Below are positions 54,901 to 64,000 of a stretch of DNA of 64,000 bases, in pieces. The DNA is taken from NCBI GenBank assembly GCA_016699385.1, contig CP064974.1, positions 3,242 through 67,241 on the forward strand. The letters run 5' to 3'. Both the position numbers and the translations under genes were made by a program. The DNA comes from Candidatus Moraniibacteriota bacterium (lineage in GTDB: Bacteria > Patescibacteriota > Minisyncoccia > Moranbacterales > UBA1568). The stretch's first letter is position 1. Each line of letters starts with the position of its first letter. The notes beneath the pieces were generated by a model. That model made no database searches. It saw only the letters and a program-made list of their open reading frames with translations, and was not told the DNA's origin.

Positions 54901-57900
54901 CTTTACTCCGAACAGGGCGCGACCGACTACACCACGACTTTCCAGCCCGGCACCCAAACACAAAACATCACCTATACACTTCCAAACGATGATGGGACAA
55001 GTGGGCAGGTACTTCTCACCGATGGAAGTGGCACACTTTCTTGGTCGAGCGTCTCCGGTGCTGGCGGAGTGAGTGGAACTGGAACAAGCGGCTACGCAAC
55101 ATATTGGGATAGCACGAACTCTATTGCTGCCGAACAATATCTCTCCCTTACCCGAGGAGGCACCGGTACCACACTCTCCAATCCCGGAGCCGATCGCGTT
55201 CTCTTCTGGGATAACTCTGGTGGTGCACTGACCTGGCTCGCTCCTTCTTCCAACCTCTCCATCACTGCCACCACCCCTCGACCTCGCCTCCTCCGTCAAC
55301 ATCAACACCCTCCAACTCGGCGCAAACGGCACCGACGGTTCTTTCATTCTTTACTCCGAACAGGGCGCGACCGACTACACCACGACTTTCCAGCCCGGCA
55401 CCCAAACACAAGACATCACCTATACACTTCCGAATGATGATGGGACAAGTGGGCAGGTCTTAATTACCGATGGATCAGGAGTACTTTCTTGGACTTCAGC
55501 CGGATCGGGAGGTATCGGAGATATCACCGCTATCGGAGATGTGACGAGCGGAGATGCCTTCACCTCAAGCGGCATCCAAGGAACCAGCTTGTATTTCTAC
55601 GATGTTGATGGGAGGGGTCAACTGACCAGCGCTGATCTTTCCGCTGTCCGCACCTGGACTTTGCCAAATGAAACCGGCACCATCTGTACCACCGGCAGTG
55701 TCTGTTCTGGCTACCAAGCCTCTCTCGGCTACACGGCTGCCAACGCCGCTCTCTCCAACCTCGCCTCCGTCGCCATCAATACGAGCCTCGTCTCCGACAC
55801 CGACAATACCGATGACCTTGGTTCCGCTGCGATTGCTTGGAAGGATGTATATACCCGCACTATCAAATTTGATGGAAGCACTTCTGGTACCATCACCCTC
55901 AATGCAACCGCTATCGCCGGTACCAATACCATTACGCTCCCAGCGAGTACGGGAACCGTCGCCCTCACCAGTGACCTTCATAACGCTGTCACCCTTTCCG
56001 GATCCTATGACTACATCACCCTTTCCGGTCAAGACATTGTTCGCGGACAAGTTGACCTCACAACCGATGTGACGGGGACACTGCCAGTAGGGAATGGAGG
56101 AACGGGCGCGACCACTCTCAACAATCTCATCACCCTCGGGACGCACACCACCGGAAACTACGTCGCCTCCGCAACCGCAAGCGGTGGTCTCGCTCTGACC
56201 GGCACCGAAGGCGGGAGTCTCGGCATTCTCCTCCAACCTTCAACGGATGCGCTTTCAAGTACCACGAGCTCCGGCTCTGGTATGGAACTCCTCGCAACCG
56301 GACTCACCCTCCTTCAAGGATGTACCAGTGGGGAAGTACTTGCTTGGAACGAAGCAACCGATGTCTGGGAATGTGCGAGCGTCAGTGGTATTGGTGGTGC
56401 CAACGCCGCTCTCTCCAACCTCGCCTCCGTCGCCATCAATACGAGCCTCGTCTCCGACACCGACAATACCGATGACCTTGGTTCCGCTGCGATTGCTTGG
56501 AAGGATGTATATACCCGCACTATCAAATTTGATGGAAGCACTTCTGGTACCATCACCCTCAATGCAACCGCTATCGCCGGTACCAATACCATTACGCTCC
56601 CAGCGAGTACGGGAACCGTCGCGCTCACCAGTGACCTTCATAACGCTGTCACCCTTTCCGGATCCTATGACTACATCACCCTTTCCGGTCAAGACATTGT
56701 TCGCGGACAAGTTGACCTCACAACCGATGTGACGGGGACACTGCCAGTAGGGAATGGAGGAACGGGCGCGACCACTCTCAACAATCTCATCACCCTCGGG
56801 ACGCACACCACCGGAAACTACGTCGCCTCCGCAACCGCAAGCGGTGGTCTCGCTCTGACCGGCACCGAAGGCGGGAGTCTCGGCATTCTCCTCCAACCTT
56901 CAACGGATGCGCTTTCAAGTACCACGAGCTCCGGCTCTGGTATGGAACTCCTCGCAACCGGACTCACCCTCCTTCAAGGATGTACCAGTGGGGAAGTACT
57001 TGCTTGGAACGAAGCAACCGATGTCTGGGAATGTGCGAGCGTCAGTGGTATTGGTGGTGCCAACGCCGCTCTCTCCAACCTCGCCTCCGTCGCCATCAAT
57101 ACGAGCCTCGTCTCCGACACCGACAATACCGATGACCTTGGTTCCGCTGCGATTGCTTGGAAGGATGTATATACCCGCACTATCAAATTTGATGGAAGCA
57201 CTTCTGGTACCATCACCCTCAATGCAACCGCTATCGCCGGTACCAATACCATTACGCTCCCAGCGAGTACGGGAACCGTCGCCCTCACCAGTGACCTTCA
57301 TAACGCTGTCACCCTTTCCGGATCCTATGACTACATCACCCTTTCCGGTCAAGACATTGTTCGCGGACAAGTTGACCTCACAACCGATGTGACGGGGACA
57401 CTGCCAGTAGGGAATGGAGGAACGGGCGCGACCACTCTCAACAATCTCATCACCCTCGGGACGCACACCACCGGAAACTACGTCGCCTCCGCAACCGCAA
57501 GCGGTGGTCTCGCTCTGACCGGCACCGAAGGCGGGAGTCTCGGCATTCTTCTCCAGCCTTCAACGGATGCGCTTTCAAGTACCACGAGCTCCGGCTCTGG
57601 TATGGAACTCCTCGCAACCGGACTCACCCTCCTTCAAGGATGTACCAGTGGGGAAGTACTTGCTTGGAACGAAGCAACCGATGTCTGGGAATGTGCGAGC
57701 GTCAGTGGTATTGGTGGTGCCAACGCCGCTCTCTCCAACCTCGCCTCCGTCGCCATCAATACGAGCCTCGTCTCCGACACCGACAATACCGATGACCTCG
57801 GTTCCGCTGCGATTGCTTGGAAGGATGTATATACCCGCACTATCAAATTTGATGGAAGCACTTCTGGTACCATCACCCTCAATGCAACCGCTATCGCCGG

Positions 57901-60900
57901 TACCAATACCATTACGCTCCCAGCGAGTACGGGAACCGTCGCCCTCACCAGTGACCTTCATAACGCTGTCACCCTTTCCGGATCCTATGACTACATCACC
58001 CTTTCCGGTCAAGACATTGTTCGCGGACAAGTTGACCTCACAACCGATGTGACGGGGACACTGCCAGTAGGGAATGGAGGAACGGGCGCGACCACTCTCA
58101 ACAATCTCATCACCCTCGGGACGCACACCACCGGAAACTACGTCGCCTCCGCAACCGCAAGCGGTGGTCTCGCTCTGACCGGCACCGAAGGCGGGAGTCT
58201 CGGCATTCTTCTCCAGCCTTCAACGGATGCGCTTTCAAGTACCACGAGCTCCGGCTCTGGTATGGAACTCCTCGCAACCGGACTCACCCTCCTTCAAGGA
58301 TGTACCAGTGGGGAAGTACTTGCTTGGAACGAAGCAACCGATGTCTGGGAATGTGCGAGCGTCAGTGGTATTGGTGGTGCCAACGCCGCTCTCTCCAACC
58401 TCGCCTCCGTCGCCATCAATACGAGCCTCGTCTCCGACACCGACAATACCGATGACCTCGGTTCCGCTGCGATTGCTTGGAAGGATGTATATACCCGCAC
58501 TATCAAATTTGATGGAAGCACTTCTGGTACCATCACCCTCAATGCAACCGCTATCGCCGGTACCAATACCATTACGCTCCCAGCGAGTACGGGAACCGTC
58601 GCCCTCACCAGTGACCTTCATAACGCTGTCACCCTTTCCGGATCCTATGACTACATCACCCTTTCCGGTCAAGACATTGTTCGCGGACAAGTTGACCTCA
58701 CAACCGATGTGACGGGGACACTGCCAGTAGGGAATGGAGGAACGGGCGCGACCACTCTCAACAATCTCATCACCCTCGGGACGCACACCACCGGAAACTA
58801 CGTCGCCTCCGCAACCGCAAGCGGTGGTCTCGCTCTGACCGGCACCGAAGGCGGGAGTCTCGGCATTCTTCTCCAGCCTTCAACGGATGCGCTTTCAAGT
58901 ACCACGAGCTCCGGCTCTGGTATGGAACTCCTCGCAACCGGACTCACCCTCCTTCAAGGATGTACCAGTGGGGAAGTACTTGCTTGGAACGAAGCAACCG
59001 ATGTCTGGGAATGTGCGAGCGTCAGTGGTATTGGTGGTGCCAACGCCGCTCTCTCCAACCTCGCCTCCGTCGCCATCAATACGAGCCTCGTCTCCGACAC
59101 CGACAATACCGATGACCTCGGTTCCGCTGCGATTGCTTGGAAGGATGTATATACCCGCACTATCAAATTTGATGGAAGCACTTCTGGTACCATCACCCTC
59201 AATGCAACCGCTATCGCCGGTACCAATACCATTACGCTCCCAGCGAGTACGGGAACCGTCGCCCTCACCAGTGACCTTCATAACGCTGTCACCCTTTCCG
59301 GATCCTATGACTACATCACCCTTTCCGGTCAAGACATTGTTCGCGGACAAGTTGACCTCACAACCGATGTGACGGGGACACTGCCAGTAGGGAATGGAGG
59401 AACGGGCGCGACCACTCTCAACAATCTCATCACCCTCGGGACGCACACCACCGGAAACTACGTCGCCTCCGCAACCGCAAGCGGTGGTCTCGCTCTGACC
59501 GGCACCGAAGGCGGGAGTCTCGGCATTCTTCTCCAGCCTTCAACGGATGCGCTTTCAAGTACCACGAGCTCCGGCTCTGGTATGGAACTCCTCGCAACCG
59601 GACTCACCCTCCTTCAAGGATGTACCAGTGGGGAAGTACTTGCTTGGAACGAAGCAACCGATGTCTGGGAATGTGCGAGCGTCAGTGGTATTGGTGGTGC
59701 CAACGCCGCTCTCTCCAACCTCGCCTCCGTCGCCATCAATACGAGCCTCGTCTCCGACACCGACAATACCGATGACCTCGGTTCCGCTGCGATTGCTTGG
59801 AAGGATGTATATACCCGCACTATCAAATTTGATGGAAGCACTTCTGGTACCATCACCCTCAATGCAACCGCTATCGCCGGTACCAATACCATTACGCTCC
59901 CAGCGAGTACGGGAACCGTCGCCCTCACCAGTGACCTTCATAACGCTGTCACCCTTTCCGGATCCTATGACTACATCACCCTTTCCGGTCAAGACATTGT
60001 TCGCGGACAAGTTGACCTCACAACCGATGTGACGGGGACACTGCCAGTAGGGAATGGAGGAACGGGCGCGACCACTCTCAACAATCTCATCACCCTCGGG
60101 ACGCACACCACCGGAAACTACGTCGCCTCCGCAACCGCAAGCGGTGGTCTCGCTCTGACCGGCACCGAAGGCGGGAGTCTCGGCATTCTTCTCCAGCCTT
60201 CAACGGATGCGCTTTCAAGTACCACGAGCTCCGGCTCTGGTATGGAACTCCTCGCAACCGGACTCACCCTCCTTCAAGGATGTACCAGTGGGGAAGTACT
60301 TGCTTGGAACGAAGCAACCGATGTCTGGGAATGTGCGAGCGTCAGTGGTATTGGTGGTGCCAACGCCGCTCTCTCCAACCTCGCCTCCGTCGCCATCAAT
60401 ACGAGCCTCGTCTCCGACACCGACAATACCGATGACCTCGGTTCCGCTGCGATTGCTTGGAAGGATGTATATACCCGCACTATCAAATTTGATGGAAGCA
60501 CTTCTGGTACCATCACCCTCAATGCAACCGCTATCGCCGGTACCAATACCATTACGCTCCCAGCGAGTACGGGAACCGTCGCCCTCACCAGTGACCTTCA
60601 TAACGCTGTCACCCTTTCCGGATCCTATGACTACATCACCCTTTCCGGTCAAGACATTGTTCGCGGACAAGTTGACCTCACAACCGATGTGACGGGGACA
60701 CTGCCAGTAGGGAATGGAGGAACGGGCGCGACCACTCTCAACAATCTCATCACCCTCGGGACGCACACCACCGGAAACTACGTCGCCTCCGCAACCGCAA
60801 GCGGTGGTCTCGCTCTGACCGGCACCGAAGGCGGGAGTCTCGGCATTCTTCTCCAGCCTTCAACGGATGCGCTTTCAAGTACCACGAGCTCCGGCTCTGG

Positions 60901-63900
60901 TATGGAACTCCTCGCAACCGGACTCACCCTCCTTCAAGGATGTACCAGTGGGGAAGTACTTGCTTGGAACGAAGCAACCGATGTCTGGGAATGTGCGAGC
61001 GTCAGTGGTATTGGTGGTGCCAACGCCGCTCTCTCCAACCTCGCCTCCGTCGCCATCAATACGAGCCTCGTCTCCGACACCGACAATACCGATGACCTCG
61101 GTTCCGCTGCGATTGCTTGGAAGGATGTATATACCCGCACTATCAAATTTGATGGAAGCACTTCTGGTACCATCACCCTCAATGCAACCGCTATCGCCGG
61201 TACCAATACCATTACGCTCCCAGCGAGTACGGGAACCGTCGCCCTCACCAGTGACCTTCATAACGCTGTCACCCTTTCCGGATCCTATGACTACATCACC
61301 CTTTCCGGTCAAGACATTGTTCGCGGACAAGTTGACCTCACAACCGATGTGACGGGGACACTGCCAGTAGGGAATGGAGGAACGGGGGTGGCGACTTTCG
61401 GCGGGACCAATACGCTCCTCTATACTACTTCTGCCAATACACTCGCTTCTCTGGCAACGGCGAATAGCTCCATACTTGTCACCAATGGTTCAGGTGTCCC
61501 TTCACTCGCAACAGATATCCCGACCGCCGTCACTATCGGTGGCGCCTATGTCTATCGAGTGGGTGGGACAGATGTATCCGTCGCCGATGGGGGAACAGGT
61601 TTGAGTTCATATACCGCTGGCGACATTCTCTATGCCTCTGGAACAACGACACTTGCGGGACTGAGTGATGTCGCTACTGGAAATGTTCTCCTTTCTGGCG
61701 GGATAGGCTCCTCACCGAGTTGGGGCAAGGTGGCACTTGGGACACATACGACCGGAGACTATATCGCCTCAGCAACCGCGAGTGGCGGACTCGTAATGAC
61801 GGGAACGGCTGGCGGGAGTCTCGGCATTCTTCTCCAGCCTTCAACGGATGCGCTTTCAAGTACCACGAGCTCCGGCTCTGGTATGGAACTCCTCGCAACC
61901 GGACTCACCCTCCTTCAAGGATGTACCAGTGGGGAAGTACTTGCTTGGAACGAAGCAACCGATGTCTGGGAATGTGCGAGCGTCAGTGGTATTGGTGGTG
62001 CCAACGCCGCTCTCTCCAACCTCGCCTCCGTCGCCATCAATACGAGCCTCGTCTCCGACACCGACAATACCGATGACCTCGGTTCCGCTGCGATTGCTTG
62101 GAAGGATGTATATACCCGCACTATCAAATTTGATGGAAGCACTTCTGGTACCATCACCCTCAATGCAACCGCTATCGCCGGTACCAATACCATTACGCTC
62201 CCAGCGAGTACGGGAACCGTTGCCCTTATTGATGGAGGACAGACGTTTACCTCTGCTACTTGGAATGGCACTGCAATTGGCTCCATCTATGGAGGCACTG
62301 GACTCAATACCTCTGCCTCTACTGGTGTTCCTACTATTAGTAGTGGTACCTGGAGTGTGGCGAGTTCGCTTGGAGTGGCACTTGGAGGAACGGGCACGAC
62401 CACTCAATTCACCCAAGGCTCTATCGTTTTTGCCGGTGCAAGCGGTGTGTATACACAAGACAATGCCAATTTCTTCTGGGATAATACGAATAAGAGATTG
62501 GGGATTGGGGACGCTACTCCCGACAGTGCTCTTGATATTTTGGCAGCCGATGCATCAAATACCTATCTCACTATCGGCAACACCAATGCCGGAAGTTACA
62601 ATGCAGGTATTCGCTTTGAGCTCACCGAGAACAGCGCTCTCTATTCTCTCGGTGTTGATGATACGGATTCTGATAAATTCAAAATATATGCTGGTTCAGA
62701 CTTCAGTGGCACAAGTCAATTTTCCATAGATACGACTGGTGTTACCACCATCAGTCAGCTTCAGGTTGGCGCACAGAAATTTGAAACCGATGGCGGAGTG
62801 CTCTCCTGGGTGGATATGGATGTGACGAGTAGCGCGACGGACAACACGGTGGAGAGTTATAGCGCGCAGGTTGATGGGCAGAATCTCCTGACGATCTATG
62901 CCCTCTCTGATGGGGCGGGGAGTATTGACAACAAGAAGGTACAAATTGGTTTGGGAACCGATACGACACTTCCAGTATTGTTTGGTCTTGATGTAAGGAA
63001 CACCACCAGTGATCCGAGCGAAGGCTTCGAAGGCGCCATGTACTACAATACCTTCGACAACAAATTCCGCTGTTACCAAAACACTGGTTGGACTGACTGT
63101 ATTGGTGCAGGCTCTTCCTACACCGCCGGAAACGGTCTCACTCTTTCTTCTACAACATTCAAGCTCGGTGGCACTCTTTCTGAAAACACGACCATTGCTC
63201 AGACGACCTATACTTACAATCAGACATTCACCGGGACGACTACAACCGGTCTCACTTATACCGCCAATTCACTTACTACAGGCACAGCACTCAATGTTTC
63301 TTCTACTTCAACGGTTGGAGATGGCTCCAAGCTCTTGAATCTCAGCCGTTCGGGTGCTAATAGCACGAGTGGCAAAACGAACTATGGACTCTATTCTGCT
63401 ATTACGAATACAGGGACAACATCGACAAATATCGCCGGATATTTCAGTGCAACTGGAGCGACAACAAACTTTGGTTTGCAAGTAGCTGCGCTTACGGGGG
63501 CAACATCGACGGGCGTTGATATTGGCAATCTTTCTGGATCTACGGCGAACAAGGGAATAAATATCGGAACGATTTCTGGTACCGGTACTGGCGCTGGAGT
63601 GACCGTCGGAAATATCTCAAGTACTGGTGCAAATAATTACGGCATTAACCTCGGAACATTGACCGGAGGAACGGCATCAAATTCGCAGATTACCGCTGGT
63701 GTCGTAACGGCAGTAGCGAGCGCAACGAACTATGGCATCAATCTCGGCGGTATAACGGGTACAGCCGCATCCTCTACGAACTACGGTGTATTTGTCGGGA
63801 CGATGAGTGCAACAGGGACAGCGACATACGGCGCAAAGATTACGGGTCCGACCGGAGCGGCGACATCCAATTACGGTGTCAATATAACGGATGTCTCAGG

Positions 63901-64000
63901 AGCGACGCATAATGCCAACTTGGTACTCGGTACCGTCGCGACGACGGCAGGGAGCTGGTCACTGTATTCATCGAGTACGAATCAATCGTATTTTGCGGGC
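48904..64000 (+). CDS. giant secreted repeat protein (over 5000 aa, continues beyond the window) with tail-fibre-like Gly/Thr/Ser-rich repeats; one frameshift at a C-run near 55274
   Basis: A signal peptide follows internal Met (…MLRNVIQTEKHFIALLSVGILAGVCIWGVASPAVFAQA). The ORF is continuous from 48904 to 55437. A one-base difference from the sister repeat (ccacccctcg versus ccaccctcg) changes the frame at about 55274. The shifted frame is then open to position 64000 with no stop. Only out-of-frame P/S-rich ORFs appear in the track for 55.6-62.7 kb. Confidence 0.75.
51960..55602 (+). repeat. 447-bp (149-aa) repeats inside the giant gene: three tandem copies at about 51960..53301 and two more at about 54708..55602
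   Basis: ctccaacctctccatcactgccaccaccctcgacctcgcc recurs at 52052, 52499, 52946, 54800 and 55247. A separate roughly 440-bp block (50860..51300) is repeated at 53740..54180 (offset 2874 bp). Confidence 0.85.
55737..62222 (+). repeat. 660-bp (220-aa) near-perfect tandem repeat array, about 8.5 contiguous copies, plus one further partial copy after a 420-bp divergent spacer
   Basis: The anchor string gccaacgccgctctctccaacctcgcctccgtcgccatc recurs at 55740, 56400, 57060, 57720, 58380, 59040, 59700, 60360, 61020 and 62001. Units differ by only 1-3 SNPs (gaccttgg/gacctcgg, ctcctccaacctt/cttctccagcctt). The encoded unit is ...ANAALSNLASVAINTSLVSDTDNTDDLGSAAIAWKDVYTRTIKFDGSTSGTITLNATAIAGTNTITLPASTGTVALTSDLHNAVTLSGSYDYITLSGQDIVRGQVDLTTDVTGTLPVGNGGTGATTLNNLITLGTHTTGNYVASATASGGLALTGTEGGSLGILLQPSTDALSSTTSSGSGMELLATGLTLLQGCTSGEVLAWNEATDVWECASVSGIGG. 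Confidence 0.9.

Noticed and set aside
55668-62729. Series of 161-183-aa P/S/T-rich ORFs on both strands (55668, 56247, 56907 ... 61848; minus-strand 56255, 56915 ...) spaced 660 bp apart
   Set aside because: These are out-of-frame or antisense translations of the 660-bp tandem repeat. The real coding frame is the one continuous with the giant gene, which is open to the window end and therefore absent from the ORF track.

Overview
This 64-kb window looks like a ~50% GC bacterial chromosome segment. The gene content and lack of strong Shine-Dalgarno sites suggest a small-genome uncultivated lineage (CPR/Patescibacteria-like), but that is inference only. The middle of the window carries intact housekeeping genes: a complete F0F1 ATP synthase operon (atpBEFHAGDC), leuS, pyrE, a DnaQ-like exonuclease, parB and a GDP-mannose pyrophosphorylase. 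There is also a PAS histidine kinase with a CheY-like receiver, followed by a type IV pilus module (PilB ATPase, PilC platform, one prepilin-type pilin). The rest of the window is dominated by very large secreted surface-protein genes. (1) Three paralogous two-gene cassettes each encode a 3xLamG protein plus a beta-helix/FN3/LamG/Cys-rich C-terminal-domain protein. Two cassettes are frameshift-riddled, and copies B and C share a ~1.76-kb block that is identical apart from single-base indels. (2) A giant gene of more than 15 kb encodes tail-fibre-like repeats, including about 8.5 nearly perfect 660-bp tandem copies, and runs off the right edge. A Fic (Fido) toxin gene with a degenerate active-site motif sits between one big surface-protein gene and an orphan copy of that family's C-terminal domain. 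It has a candidate upstream antitoxin carrying a [ST]xxxE[GN] inhibitory motif, and it is flanked by an unusual nested inverted-repeat element. LeuRS carries an inserted Nudix hydrolase domain. The first ~14 kb (argS, recQ and two surface cassettes) is unusually rich in frameshifts, whereas the 14-48 kb stretch is clean apart from a single frameshift in one cassette gene. This could be real pseudogenisation/silent cassettes or locally poor sequence quality, and I cannot tell which from sequence alone. I found no tRNA/rRNA, no CRISPR array and no transposase/integrase/reverse-transcriptase gene.
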